The notes beneath the pieces were generated by a model. The model had not been told where the DNA came from and did no database searches. It worked only from the letters and a program-made list of their open reading frames with translations. The position numbers were made by a program, and so were the translations under genes. Below are positions 45,418 through 61,519 of a stretch of DNA of 64,000 bases, piece by piece. Numbering within the stretch: the stretch's first letter is position 1; each line of letters begins with the position of its first letter. The stretch lies in NCBI RefSeq assembly GCF_009914755.1, contig NC_060935.1, one strand, 5' to 3'. The stretch is from the human T2T-CHM13v2.0 reference genome, Homo sapiens.

Positions 45418-45800
45418 TGTATTACTCTGTTCTCACACTGCTATAAAGAACTACCTGCGACTGGGTAATTTATGAAGAAAAGAGGTTTAATTAACTCACA
45501 GTTTCACAGGCTGTACAGGTAGCATGGCTGGGAGACCTCAGGAAACTTACAATCATGGCGGAAGGCAAAGGGGAAGTGAGCATGTCTTCACATGTCAGAG
45601 CAGAAGACTGAGAGTGAATGAGGAAGTGCCAGACACTTTTAAACCATCAGGTCTTGTTAGAACTCATTCATTACCATGAGAACAGCAAGGGGGATATCCG
45701 CCTCTATAATCAATCACCTTCCACTAATTGCCTTCCTTAACACTGGGAATTAACAATTTTACATGAGATTTGGGTGGGGACACAGAGCTAAACTATATCA
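45418..45800 (-). mobile_element. THE1D-like solo LTR (MaLR)
   Basis: tgtattac...aagaactacctgcgactgggtaatttatgaagaaaagagg...gatttgggtggggacacagagctaaactatatca. Confidence 0.88.
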
Positions 45801-46634
45801 ACTATCTACAATTTGCTTGATAAGGAACAATTTGTACACATTCCTGAGTCCACCCAGAAGGAGTGAAGTACAGTCTGAATGGAAAGTGTAGTGGAAGAAG
45901 TTTCTAGTAGCAAAAAAGGGGACTATTCTCTGAAAGCTTTGTAATTAAACTAAAGAGAAGAAACAAAGGTACAGCCAGAAAGGAAGCCCTGGTCATAGAA
46001 AGTAAATAGAGTGTTCACTCAGAAGAACAAGGTTGTGTACCACAACTATGGCCAGTAAACTCAGTGGAGAAGAGGACTTAAACAATGGCTGGGAAATGTA
46101 GAGGGGTCACGAATCCTAAAACTCTGGACATGAGATAGAATGTTCACGTAATGAAAGTTCCGTGCATCTCACTGGTATTGGTGGAGAACAGGATTTCCTA
46201 AAGGAGGCAATCTGGCCAGAACATACTCATTTGTCCCTGACATAAAGGAACCTCCATTTGTGTTCACATCTCATCACTGTGATTCTGTGATGAATGCATG
46301 ATCCCTGCATCAAATCCCAACTTGAAGAGCTCCTGCTTCCACTTGCAGTTTCAGGCTTGCCACGGTTTTCATTTAGCCCTCGTCTCTTTATCTACTGAAA
46401 AGATTAATAGCCAAACACCAGTGAGACCAAGACCAAACACTAAATCTAAGAACCACAGGCAGAATGGAGTTTAAGGTTGCCAAGCCAGGCATTTGGAGAT
46501 GGGCTGAGATTAGACAAGGAAAAAAGCCACTGAAAAAAATTAATGAGGATATCTTTGCAGTGAGTGTTTAGGCTAGAATCAGGGGACAGAGGAGGGGAAG
46601 GTATGCAGTGGCTGGCTGAGTATAGCTGGCATGA

Positions 46635-47073
<439 letters not shown>

Positions 47074-48051
47074 TAACTGCTATGGATAGATGCCTTTTCC
47101 TTTGTAATCTACAATCGGATAATGTTTTCCCAATTTGATGAATATTCTTATTAGTTCAGAGAAAGAAAATAATATGTTTGATTCTATACCTTCAATGGCC
47201 CTAGTAATTTCCAGCAAAGAATTCTAAATTAATCCAGGAAGATACTGTAGGGTTTCTTTCATTGTATTTCCTTCCAAAGGTAGTGGTGGCCCTGATGAAC
47301 CACAAGCTCTGTGATGCCCAATCACTTTACCTCTCCAAGTCCCTCTTGCATCATCTGCAAAATTAAGGCATCAGTTTCAAAGACCTCTCCATTCTCTTCT
47401 ACTCTAACAAGCCATAAATCTCGGAATATATTCTGGGTTTGGCCCGAGTACATCTTTACGTAGATATTTTATCTATCTTGCTACAATAACAACCACATGC
47501 CCCAGATGGGAAAACTATGCTGGAAAAAACCCAAGGCTCTGTCAGCATAATGCATGGGTGTGGTGAAGACAGGCAACTAGATTGTGTGTGAGTCAAAAAC
47601 ATGATTAGAAAAAGGCAGATTCTGATAAACAGCTCAAGCTCATGGAATGTAGCTAAGAAAGACAGCATATAAAATAGTCCATTGATTTAGAATGTCACAA
47701 GTCAGAGAGGGTAGTAAAAACAAAATAAAACAAGAGAAGGGAAAAGATGCTTTTAGAGTGACAATACAGTGAAACATCGCTAAATACTGTTCAGTTATTG
47801 ATACTAAGCCTACATTTTCATTTAGGTGGTTTTTAAACTTTCTTAGCCCCAGAATTTGTAGTCAAATCACACCATCGCTCACCCCTCTCACCCCAAAATG
47901 AAATTCTGCATTATCCTGAAATGTGTGATTTGCATTTGAGAAAATTTTGAGTTTTTCAAACATGGGTTTGAGGAAAACAAAAATGGAAAAGAAACATCCC
48001 TTCTAATTATTTCCACTCTAAATATTTTTCTTAAAAAGAGGATAGTTGCTT

Positions 48052-48110
48052 CCTATGTAACAAACCTGCACATTATGCACATGTATCCCGGAACTTAAAG
48101 TAAAATTTAA
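48052..48110 (+). mobile_element. Extremely truncated L1PA 3' end
   Basis: cctatgtaacaaacctgcacattatgcacatgtatcccggaacttaaagtaaaa. Confidence 0.8.
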
Positions 48111-48418
<308 letters not shown>

Positions 48419-50038
48419 AAAGATAGTTTCGAAGAACACCAAAACCTTCATAATCTCCACCATTATCTAAAAATTTGCTCATAACTTATTTCAGAATTTG
48501 AAAGTACACAGAAACTACTTCTCCCATTACATGACTGAACATACATAGGTTCAAAGAAGTCAAGTAACTTGACCAAGGCCACACAGCTGAAAACAGGAAC
48601 GTAATCGTCCGGGCTGCAGGTTTCTCTAAGTCTTAGACTACACTGCCTCGCTCGCCTCTTGTTTGGAGTAAAATGCTAGGCAACAAAGCTCCCATGGGCA
48701 GCCTTTTGGCAGAAATCTACTTCTGTTGGGGTGAATTGCTGAACCCCAATTGCTAAGAATAGCTGAAAGCACCTTGGAAGGAGTGCTGGTTTCTAAAGAA
48801 ATCCCCACTTAAGGAGTGTGCCTCCTTCCCCTCAGCCCATCTGTCGTTATGAATCTCGAGTAACGCATCAGAGATCATTCAATCTATGGAAACATATTGA
48901 AGGTATTATATATGTCAGAGATATCTTCTTTCATATTTCCATTAAAAGCTCCCAGCTATGCCAAAAATGCTTCATTCCCAAATGAGGTACATTTCAGTAA
49001 ACGAGATGACGGATAGGACTTAAAGAATCCTCTAAGGAAGAAGGAAAGTTGCAAAAAGAGAGGAAAAACTTGCCAAAAAAGAAAAATGCAGGCAGTTTCA
49101 TAAGAAAGGGTTTCTTCCTTTAATGATACACTATCTTTAAGGCCTGTAACCTGTGAAGTACAACTTTCCATTCATGTCACCTTTCCAAGCTTCTATTTCT
49201 AAATTAGATAGCAAAGATCAGTGGGCCAAAAAGTGGACAGAAATAAGTCTATGTGGATATGCATGTGTTTGTGAACACACGTGCACAAGTGCTCCTGTGA
49301 TCATGGGATGCATTGTTTATTGGAAGAAATGCAGTGATTCTAAAAGTGTTCATTTCCAAGTCTTTTCCCAATTTCACCTAGTGGCCTCAGAGTTGTACGA
49401 TGTACATTTAAACTTCAAAGGATCTTTCTACTTTAGGGAAGACTTTTTTCCAACAAATATAGTTTTTTTAATTTATGAAATTCCCAGTCTGTTTCAGATA
49501 CAAAGTGAGAAACTGGAGATGCAGTTGTGACCAGGATAGACCAACTCCTGCCCACATTTAGATTTTATTCTATCAAGAAAGTCTTAAACACATCTTTAGG
49601 ACAACTTGTTACACATGTGTCAATGAGATCTAAAGAGAGTGCCCAAGTCCTAGAGACATGGCAGGGAGCAGCTAACTCATTCGCATCTCTAATTCTCTAG
49701 ATAACCTCAACACTTACAACTTGGAATCCTTGCAAGGTCCGAGGATATCTGTGATACCACACTGCCAGAAAAGAGACACAACAAAAACTACTGGGGTGAT
49801 TCTTCCTATTCATTTGAAGCTACCCTTGTCCCAATGCTTTAGTAATTACCAAGCCTCTAGTTACTGTTCAGTTATGAAGTTGCTTGACCTCACTCTGACA
49901 TTTGCTAATGAAGATTATTCTTATATATACACCCAGGACTCCACATAGTACATACTCAATTAATATGATGTATGATTAAAAAATAGGTAATACTAAAAAA
50001 ATAGAAATCTGTATCATAGAGATGCAACATAGTCATAA

Positions 50039-50344
<306 letters not shown>

Positions 50345-51001
50345 AATACATTCAATTTTTTAATTATCATTTAGTTTTCATAGTACAGTTAACACTATTA
50401 AAATAAATGAATATTACATGCGATTTTATAAGCAATCCTTTTCCTTGTGAATTTTATCACTCTACATATTCAATACTCCTTTACCCTCCACCTTCATGGA
50501 AGGTAATTCAATGGCTTTCTATTGGAGATTCCAAAAGTGCTCAGCTGAGCACATCAGCACATGCTTTGTTCACTTAACAAACACCCAGGAATGCCTAGGA
50601 CATAGAAGGGAGTTGGCATCAATATAAGCCACCATGTATTGTATGTAATATGTCATCAACTGAGCACACAAAATGCTAAAACAAAATTGGTTGCCAGTTC
50701 AGTTTTAAGGCATCACAGGAGATCTGATTATTGTATTTATTCCTTTTCACCTTCCTCTGGTTCTAGAATCTATCTTCCTGTCACACACTCCTGACATTTT
50801 CCAATTCCCACTTGCTTGAGGGTCAAATAGCCTAATCTCCCCCTTTCTCTCTCACTAGCGATTGAGTCATGATTTCTATGCAAATAATCAATATGCTGTG
50901 TAGCCACAAGTTCACTGCCCTCTCTACTTTAGAAAACAGCCAGTAATGTATCCAATTCATACATATATTCAAAAAGCCAATTTTCCATTATTACAACACC
51001 A

Positions 51002-51298
<297 letters not shown>

Positions 51299-54200
51299 TT
51301 ATGACACCATTTTCTATAGAAGCAAAACTCTTCTCATTAACATTGCCACTGCACTTGGCCTAATTCAATGTCTGGAAAGTTAGTATTATTCTTTCTACTG
51401 ATAGAGATTAAGTTACATTATTTTAAAATAATTCTTCAGCATTCTGATCATTCTTTATTTGGGAAATAAAACAAATAAATGATCAAACCATTCTCCATTC
51501 TAGGTTCCAAAGACCTTGGCTGACTGTTGTCCAATCCACACAGCACTCTCATAACTATTTGTTATTCCAAAGAATTCAGACAGATTTTCTCTTCCTAATG
51601 GCAGCAATAATCATACTCCTTTCCTATCTATCTGTAAGTATCTATCATACTCCTTTCCTATCTATCTGTAATTTTGCACTGCAAAATCTGGAAAGTTTCA
51701 AAAGTATCATCTATTATTTTACCTTTGTTAAAATCATATTAAAAGGTACTATTATGCCCATTTTACAGGTAACAAAATTTATCTCAATTAAGTTTAATGA
51801 CTTGCTCCAGTTAAAATAGCTACTAAGTGAAGAGCCTGGGATACATCTGGGTCTCTTTAAGTCTCAGTCCACAGCCTTCCTCCATAATCTTCTTGCCACA
51901 TTTTCTTGTCCCCAGCTGGTGTTCAGAACATGCTGTCTCCAAAACACACGTTCCTGAACACAAAACTTTCTTCTTTTTTCCCCATGAACTCACTGCCTTC
52001 AGGAACTCTTTCTAAATTAAGAGGAAAAAGATATCTAAAGCAAAGAACTCAGGGAGAAATTGTAGGGGTATTTTTGTATGCGTGCTTTCTTTAAAATGCA
52101 GCTTCCTTGGAGATATTAACGATTTCGCCAATGTTATCCAGGCTTGGCATATTTGTAGAGTCCCAACACAGTTTCTCCTCACCAAGGGATGGAATATCAG
52201 ACAGTATGTCACTAACAGAGAGGGTGTTAGGGATAGAGGACAGACCTCAGAATCTCCTGTCTCTAATCACTAGGCACCTTTCCAACTGGGCTATAAAAGC
52301 CGTAGCACTCTCAGTTGTCTGATGCATTCTGACACAGTAAAGAACGGCCATAAGCAGGACCCTGCCGCACCGTCCTTGGACTGGCCTGGAGGCAGCCACG
52401 CTCTTCCTTCTACAGCAATTTCTCATGTCTACCCATTCATGAGAAACTTTCATGGCTATATTACAGTCAGGAGTCAGAGGCTCCTATCACTTGTTCAAGG
52501 GAATCTCAAGCCTCTTCCTAAACTCATCTCCTGTACAACCTTCTGAGCCCCTCAATGCACACACGTGTGCTCCCAATACCACCTCCATCACAGCTAAAAT
52601 GTATCAAATTCTTTCTTCATTTATGTTGAAAAACTCTATTTCAAAAAGGATTTTAAGCATCCCAGGCCAGGGAGATGCTCTCAGTTCCACCTTCTTTCCT
52701 CAGCCACTTAATAACTTTCTCGCCACCACAACCTGGCCCTCTCTATAATAGTGACTAAACTAAAATTGTCATTGATGTGGCACTTTAAAAAAAATAGTGA
52801 AAATTTTAATTTCCATTCTTCATCATGAACGTCCACAAACAGGAGAAAAAACAACATGGCCAGATAATTTAAATCAAATATCCTAAGACAGAAGCAGATG
52901 ATCCTGGAAGAATGCAACTTACAGAGGGATGGTTTTCCTCAGGGTTCACCAGCTCCAGAACCACCTTTGCCTTCACTCCTACTCCTATTTCTCTCCAAGC
53001 TGCCTTCCTCCCATTTTTCTGCAAGTGAATCCTATTTTGAAAACTAGCCCCATCGTCTTTGCCTCTGAAGATCTGTTTCCTACTTGGACTGGAGGATGGA
53101 GTGTCTCCTTAATCTGTGTTTCTGGAGTTTTGTCAATGTCTCCATTCTGCCATATCTCACATGGCATTGTAATCAGTTGGTTGTTTTTTTTTTTTACCCA
53201 CTTCTCACAGTAGGCTAGGAGATCCTCAGGAAGATAAACTATGCCTTCATTATAATTGTCTTTAGTACCTGCTAAATCTGGCATGTAGCAGTCTCTGGTA
53301 GGATTTGTTTTCTGCATCTTACAGTACCATGGGGTCATCTGAGTATCTGCTGATACCTTTGTGTTAGCACTTTAGTGTCTTAGCTAGGACTCTATGTCTT
53401 GTGTTTATCTTTACCATCAAACTAAGCTTCTTGGGGGCGGAAGGATGGCATTTCTTTCTGGAACTCTCACAGCACCTACCACCATGCTTTGCTCATGGTT
53501 GGTGTTCAAAGATAAATAATTATCACCAGTAATTATCATTCCCCTGTAGAGGTATGTAACTTCCAATAACTAAAGTCCCAGATAGATATTTGTGATATTG
53601 TTCCCAAGCAGAATTAGGTCTTTAGTCCAAGAATAGGATGCCAAGCCTTTGCAGGTATTCATGCCACATGACTGCCTCTAATTTTGCAGGAATTCATGCC
53701 ACTTGACTGCCCTTTTAGTCATAGTCCCTGCCCATAAGACCTCCTTTGGTTGAGCGGAGATGAGAAACTGCAAGTATAAAAGGCATCCTTTTTCTTCATG
53801 AGAGCACAACCACGTAAAAATAAGCACAAAACATTAATATGAAGGATGATGGCATCAAAAATTAGGAATGTGTGGAAGCCATGTAAAGTGCAATAACTAT
53901 TAGTATCGGGTTCAAATCCACATGGTCAAATTCCAACCACTATCTGAGATCAACAGTCTTGTCATTTCTTGGTTCTTAGGTAACTATGAGCTCAAGTTAT
54001 AGCAAAGCATGGAGCAAAATGAAAGTTAAAATTCACTTATGCTATAGTTAATTTTACTACTAACTGGTAACCACCAAAGTGAATGGTAAGTTTGACAAAA
54101 CATATATTAACCCCTTCCCTGCTGGTAAATATTAGAATCCTCTAACATTCCCCCATTCCTAAAAAAGTAGGGGACAATTTCCTTGATAAAGAGAAAGCCT

Positions 54201-54299
54201 TGAAGAGAAAATGAATGGTAATTTATATCAGATTGTGACTTTGTGATAAATAATTCAGAAATACTTTTAAGAATATTTGTTAAAACTTTGTCTATGCAC

Positions 54300-56100
54300 C
54301 AAACAGAAAGCCAAATCATGAGTAAACTCCTATTCACAATCGCTACAAAGACAATAAAATACCTAGGAATCCAACTTACAAGGGATGTGAAGGACCTCTT
54401 CAAGAGAACCACAAATCACTGCTCAAGGAAACAAAAGAGAACACAAACAAATGGAATAATATTCCATGCTCATGGATAGGAAGAATCAATATCGTGAAAA
54501 TGGCCATACTGCCCTAAGTAATTTGTAGATTCAACGCTATCCCTATCAAGCTACCAATGACTTTCTTCACAGAATTGGAGAAAACTACTTTAAAGTTCAT
54601 ATGGAACCAAAAAAGAGCCTACATTGCCAAGACAATCCTAAGCAAAAAGAACAAAGCTGGAGGCATCATGCCACCTGACTTCAAACTATACTACAAGGCT
54701 ACAGTAACCAAAACAGCATGGTACTACTACCAAAACAGATATATAGACCAATGGAACAGAACAGAGGCTTCAGAAATAACACCACAAATCTACAACCATC
54801 TGATCTTTGACAAACCTGACAAAAACAAGAAATGGGGAAAAGATTCCCTATTTAATAAATGGTGCTGGGAAAACTGGCTAGCCATATGCAGAAAGCTGAA
54901 ACTGTGTCCCTTCCTTACACTGTATACAAAAATTAATTCAAGATGGATTAAACACTTAAATGTTAGACCTTAAAACTATAAAAACCCTAGAAGAAAACCT
55001 AGGCAATACCATTCAGGACATTGGCATGGGCAAGGACTTCATGACTAAAACACCAAAAGCAATGGCAACAAAAGCCAAAATAGACAAACAGGATCGAATT
55101 AAACTAAACAGCTTCTTCACAGCAAAAGAAACTACCATCAGAGTGAACAGGCAACCTACACAACAGGAGAAAATTTTTGCAATCTACCCATCTGACAAAA
55201 GGCTAATATCCAGAATCTACAAAGAACTCAAACAAATTTACAAGAAAAAAAACAAACAATCCCATCAAAAAGTAGGCAAAGGATATGAACAGATACTTCT
55301 CAAAAGAAAACATCTATGCAGCCAACAGACACATGAAAAAATGCTCATCATCACTGGTCATCAGGGAAATGCAAATCAAAACCACAATGAGATACCATCT
55401 CATGCCAGTTAGAATGGCAATCATTGAAAAGTCAGGAAACAACAGATGTTGGAGAGGATGTGGAGAAATAGGATGACTTTTACACTGTTGGTGGGAGGGT
55501 AAATTAGTTCAACCATTGTGGAAGGCCGTGTGGCGATTCCTCGAGGATCTAGAACTAGAATTACCATTTGACCCAGCAATCCCATTACTGGGTATATACC
55601 CAAAGGATTATAAATCATGCTACTATAAAGACACATGCACACGTATGTTTATTGAGGCACTATTCACAATAGCAAAGACTTGGAACCAACCCAAATGTCC
55701 ATCAATGATAGACTGGATTAAGGAAATGTGGCACATATACACCATAGAATATTATGCAACCATAAAAAAGGATGAGTTCATGTCCTTTGCAGGGACATGG
55801 TTGAAGCTGGAAACCATCATTCTTAGCAAACTATCACAAGGACAGAAAACCAAATACCGCGTGTTCTCATTCATAGGTGAGAATTGAACAATGAGATCAC
55901 TTAGACACAGGGTAGGGAACATCACACACTGGGGCCTGTTAGGGGGTGGGGGGCTGGAGGAGGGATAGCATTAGGAGAAATACCTAATGTAAATGATGAG
56001 TTGATGGGTGCAGCACACCAACATGGCACATGTATACCTATGTATCAAACCTGCATATTGTGCACATGTACCCTAGAACTTAGAGTATAATAAAAAAAAA
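54300..56100 (+). mobile_element. 5'-truncated L1PA (about L1PA5/6), ORF2 C-terminal part + 3' UTR, frameshifted
   Basis: ORFs 54557-55887 translate as L1 ORF2 ([44 protein letters not shown]); G-rich 3' UTR and A tail; TSD ttgtctat(g/t)cac. Confidence 0.95.
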
Positions 56101-56124
56101 TTGTCTATTCACAACTATACACCT

Positions 56125-56434
56125 GCACTGCCCAAGACACTAACCATTAGTCATACAAAACATGGCTATTGAATGCCTGAAATGTGCTAGTCCAAATGGA
56201 GATGTGTGGGAAGTATAAAATACACTTCAAAATGCGTAGACTTAGTAAAACCATGTAAAATATATCATTAATAGTTTTTATATGAATTTTATGATATACT
56301 TTAGATATAAGGGCTTAAATAAAATATATTATTAAAATTAATTTTAACTGTTTATTTTTACTTTTTTGATGTAGTTACCATAAAATTTTAAACTGTATAT
56401 GTGACCTGCATTTTATTTCTATTCGGCAATACTA
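56125..56434. mobile_element. MER33-like hAT-Charlie DNA transposon
   Basis: catggctattgaatgcctgaaatgtgctagtcc...taaataaaatatattattaaaattaattt...catttttatttctatt pattern. Confidence 0.75.
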
Positions 56435-58132
56435 CTAGAGATGACATTGCAGCAGAAACCCCGTAAAACATGGCTTATGCTACGATTCACACTGCTTTCC
56501 TCAAAATCTAGTGCAGGTAAGACAGTCTGGGATCAGCTTTAAGGATATATAGTGAAATTCACCACAGCAGAAACCGTAAAACTTGTAGCCAAATTTAAAT
56601 GGAACTAAGGGGAGGAAGAAACAATGAAAATACAAAAGAACGGAAAATTCCAAAACCGTAACTTTTTGATCCTAGAAAATAGCGTATGCAGTCCTCTACT
56701 GGAGACACATACTGAGACACTACCTCCTCCCACCTCAAATCCTTCCTATCCAGCTCCCTGATGAAGACCCATCAGGTCACTCCTCCCATTAACTATCCTC
56801 CCATTAACTATCCTCAGGAGACACTAAAAAGTACTGAGCTTGGTAATGAGAGACAGACACTCCTTCTGCTACTATGGATGGATAGTTACTGAAGGTCACT
56901 AATATCTGATGCAAATTTCCAGGTGTTCTTTACGGAAAGGATGGTAGTCTTTGGTCCTTTCAAATGGACAAGTATAATTTATTTCATATGTTTCTATCAG
57001 AAGCACAAGAGGCAAAACCCAGAGGGGGATAATACTTACGAAATAGAAAGCAATTACATTTCTTTTTCCTCCAACTTCCAAGACAGGGAGGAAAATTCAT
57101 TGATGAGTATTTATTAGCTAATGATGAAAGGGCACTTCAAAAATGAAAATGGCTCTAAAATGCACTGCATTATCCTGATTGCAGAAAATGGAGACTAAAG
57201 AGAAAGGGCGCTCTATAAAATGTCCTCGGCAATTGGCTCTGTCTCTCATGAGCCACTCAGATTTCTTTGTCCCTCCCACCATAATAACTTGTCTTCATGG
57301 TCATAGCCAAGAACGCATTCTTTGTTTGGTTACATAAGCTTCTAAAAATAGTAATTTATCATGGAAATGCTAAATGATCCTTGAATATAGTGTTTTAATG
57401 GACTATTAAGTTATTCCAGTGTCTATTTTCTTTAACATATTATAATTAAAGATAAAATCTTTTTTGGTGCTTTTCAAACTAGAAGCATATCAGTCTCATG
57501 CTTTGGATATTTTTTCATCTTGAAAAACATGAAGAAAGGTTTCCTGTGGTCAAAGAAGTTTCACCACAGGCAGAGAGATGAATTTTCTCCTCATTACTGA
57601 GGTCCAATAAAAAAAAAAAAGAGGAGGCTAATTCAAAGTGTAATTTATTTTTTCTGTCTGTCTAGCTAGATTTGATAAATGAATTCAAAGTAAAATAATC
57701 TGAGAAATTAGCTGGCCAAATATTTAAAGGAAACCTAATAATGCATTTCTCATTTCTTCTTAGAAGTTTATAACTGAAAGAATCCCAAGAAATGATCTAC
57801 TTAATGTCCCTCTGAAACCAGAAGGGTAAGGTACCCACCAAAGTTACACAGCAGGGCTGCTTCCCTGTCCTCTGTCTGGATCACACGTTATCACTCGCCT
57901 TAGCACCCGGTGAGTGAACAAGTGGATAAATGAATGAAAGGAAGAAAAAGAAATGACTTAAACAGAACTTGAGTAGTCTTGGAGGTATATAATACCAAGG
58001 TGTTAAGATGGGCCTACAGAAGGTAGGAAAAAAACATAAAGAAGTATAGGAGACTTTCTTCATCAAACTCACAAATGACCAAGACGATATAAAGAGCCAG
58101 GAAGGCTTCCTATACAGTCAACTTCTTCAGTG

Positions 58133-58456
58133 TTTTTTTTTATAAATTTATTTTTATTTTATTTTGTATTTTTTGAGACTGTCACTCTGTCACTCAGGCT
58201 GGAGTGCAGTGGCGCGATCATAGCTCCCTGCAGCCTTGACCTTCCAAGCTCAAGCAGTCCTCCCACTCAGGCTCCTAAGCAACTAGGACTACAGTTGTGC
58301 ACCTCCATGACTGGCTAATTTATTTATTCATTTTTTTGTAGAGACGGGGTCTCCCTGTGTTGCCCAGGCTGGTCTCAAGATGCTGGGTTCAAGCAACCCT
58401 CTCACCTTGGCCTTCCAAAGTGCTGAGATTACAAGCAGGAGGCACTACACCTGGCC
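58133..58456 (-). mobile_element. AluJ
   Basis: gatcatagctc, cagccttgacc, gctcaagc J diagnostics. Confidence 0.88.
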
Positions 58457-58481
58457 TGGTGATTTGTTTTGTTTTGACAGT

Positions 58482-58880
58482 ATTTTTTTTTAATTGAGGT
58501 GAAATGCCCATCACATAAAATTAGCTATTTTGAAGGAAATAAGTTGGTAGGATTTAGTAAATTTACAATATTGTGCAACCACCACCTCTAACTAGTTCCA
58601 AAACATTTTTATCATCCCCGAAGAAAACCCCATACCCATTAAGCTCCCTATTTTCCTCTTCCATAACCCCTGGAAACCACTAATCTGCTTTGTTTCTATA
58701 GATTCACCTATTCTGGAGATTTCATAAAGGTGGAATCACACAGTATGTACTGTTTTGTGTCTGGGTCCTTTCACTTAGTCTGATGTTTTCAAGGTTCATT
58801 CATGCTGTAGCATGTATCAGTACTTTATTCCTTTTCATGGCTGAATAATATTCCATTGTATGTATATATCACCATTTAGT
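58482..58880 (-). mobile_element. L1MB-type 3' end
   Basis: ttgtgcaaccaccacc...ttccaaaacatttttatcatcccc...aaccactaatctgcttt...ggctgaataatattccattgta. Confidence 0.85.
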
Positions 58881-59689
58881 CAACTCTTTCTTATCCATAT
58901 GTAACTTATGTGTGGTAACTTTCGATTTTCAGTACTCACTGAACTCCCTGCCATCAATTAACATACTCTTAAGGGTCTTCACTCAGACGCCAGTCATTGT
59001 TCAAAAAAATGGAAAGCTGTTTTAATATTGCATCAAGTCAACATAATGACTCTCTTTGTAAAATCTGTTATATTCTACAAAGCATTTCTAACAACAACCC
59101 AAGGAAATTAGTACTATTATTATTATCTTTCTTTTGAAGATGAGAAGACTGCAGTAGTGAGCTGAAGTAGCCATTCAGTGTCACAGCTGGTAAATGGCAA
59201 GACCAGGACTGGATCCCTTCCCTTTCCATTCGCTGCCCAGGATCTGAGCTCGAAACATGTTCCATTTTCAGAGTGAAGAGATCTGAAAATCTGAGGGACT
59301 CACTGCACATTGCCCAGCCCCACTCACTCTACTTTGCTCCAGTAATTGAGGAAATTCCAGGAGCAGTGAGATGGAGTCCTGCAGATGAGGAGCTTGAATT
59401 AAATAAGTTCCCAGACAAACCTCCAAAGAGGGACAGGAGTGGATATGAGGATTAAGCAAACTCTCAGAGCAAAGCTGCAGAATATTTCAGAAGTAAGGAG
59501 AGAGATAGAATGGAGCAGGGATAAGGTTTGTTTGATGTTTAGTGGTGGGTTCATTGGTCCAAGTCATAGCTTGACATAAATTCCAGTGTTAAATAGAGAC
59601 AATCTGGAAGGTTGATCATTATGACAGCATAGATAATTGAGATGACAATAATTGTACATGCATTTCAAAAACTCAAATGATACAGCATA

Positions 59690-60100
59690 AGTTCTCCCCA
59701 TAGGCACAGTGCTTTAGAGTTTATACAACACTTTCACATCCATTATCTCCTGAGGTCCTCATAACAATACCATTAGGATAGGTATTTTTTTTTATTATAC
59801 TTTAAGTTTTAGGGTACATGTGCACAATGTGCAGGTTAGTTACATATGTATACATGTGACATGCTGGTGCGCTGCACCCACTAACTCGTCATCTAGCATT
59901 AGGTATATCTCCCAATGCTATCCCTCCCCCCTCCCCCCACCAGGATAGGTATTGTTATACCCATTTTCTTGATGGAAAAATTGATAAGGACAGTTAAATC
60001 CTGTAGCCACACAGCTAATAAGTCATGAATCCGGGACTCAAATGAAAGTTTCTGAAGCCTGTACGTTTTGAATTCTGTCTGCAACACCATGCCACCTCAG
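59690..60100 (-). mobile_element. MIR interrupted by a short L1PA2
   Basis: ttcacatccattatctc...ataacaat | L1 | ggtattgttatacccatttt...gccacacagctaataagt. Confidence 0.75.
59787..59941 (-). mobile_element. L1PA2-like 155-bp 3' end
   Basis: Sense GCTAGATGACGAGTTAGTGGGTGCAGCGCACCAGCATG...CCCTAAAACTTAAAG (GAG rather than the L1HS-Ta ACA); perfect TSD AGGATAGGTATT (59775-59786, 59942-59953). Confidence 0.9.
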
Positions 60101-60555
60101 GCCAACTTCAAGGGAAAAATAATTATCCTAAATCAGTTTGCAAAAAGGAAAAGAGCTGAGAAATAAAAATTCCTCCAGGCAGGAGAAATAGCAAAACACA
60201 GCATCTCACACTGTTGATGGGGAAGAGAACATGACTTCGTCTTGAGCGTTTCTAATTTTGCAGCTCACACACATCCCATCTCAAAATTGTAAATCATGAG
60301 ACAAAGTTTACCTCTGAGACAGTAGGAATGTAGCCTGCCACCTGTAAAGGAGGAGTTTAAGGTTTTGCCAAAGTTCAGATTTTTTCAAATCAAAATAGCT
60401 TCAGTTAATCCAGGGATATGCACAGTTACATTTTATTCCTAAACACTGGGCATTTTATTTTGTCTGTAAGGTTACCCCTTCTTCTTTAATTACAAGCACT
60501 TAGGAAAGAAGCCTTTCTACAACACCATCATGTTATTTTTCTAAAAATAGAATGA

Positions 60556-60866
<311 letters not shown>

Positions 60867-61519
60867 TCAAATCTGGGGCCTCTTTATTGGGCTGTAGGGC
60901 TCTGAGGCAGCAGCTTGGCCATCAGTCAAGAAGAAATGGTCTGTTCTTCCCCAGTTAGAGGGGTCCAGATAGAAGACGACCCAGTTGTGGAAGGCCCACC
61001 AGCTCACCATCGCTATCATTTTGTCCTTTTACTAACATCTTGGAAGCTCCTTACACATGCTGTAGAAATGAGAGAGGATCTTACAGTATCTGGGATTTAT
61101 AGGCATAAATTCCATTAGCCAGCCTCACAACTAATTGCTGTTCTAACACTCAGCGCGGGATAAATTATAATTGATGGTAATACATGAGGAGCAATGATTT
61201 ATTATAGTCTCTCTAAAAAATAGAATAATATCTGTGAGTTTGCTGGGGTGGAGTGGAGGGCCAGTGTGTGGGAAGGAGGGAGAAAATGGTCACTAGTGAC
61301 TGTTTTGCCCTTCTTTCTAAAAGCTTATCAGACCTCAGGTGGACTGACCTTGGACATAAATCAGATGAGTGGAAACATAGGTGTCTGTGTGTTTGGTTGA
61401 GCTCTGATTCATTTCATTATTGTCTAAGTAGTTAGGCAAAGTTTGACCTATCGCATCCCCTACTCTCTAGCTTCTGCTGCTCAGCACTGGGTGACCTTGG
61501 TGAAACATTACTGCCCTTG

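Noticed and set aside
54243-55887. Overlapping ORFs of 63-150 aa
   Set aside because: Frameshifted L1 ORF2 fragments from a 5'-truncated, inactive copy
56781-56815. 15-bp tandem repeat and other short direct repeats as a CRISPR-like array
   Set aside because: Only two copies, no spacers; ordinary slippage duplications in eukaryotic DNA
59273-59455. Protein-like 60-aa ORF after a ttttcag acceptor on plus strand
   Set aside because: GTG start, no donor or supporting plus-strand exons, no recognisable homology
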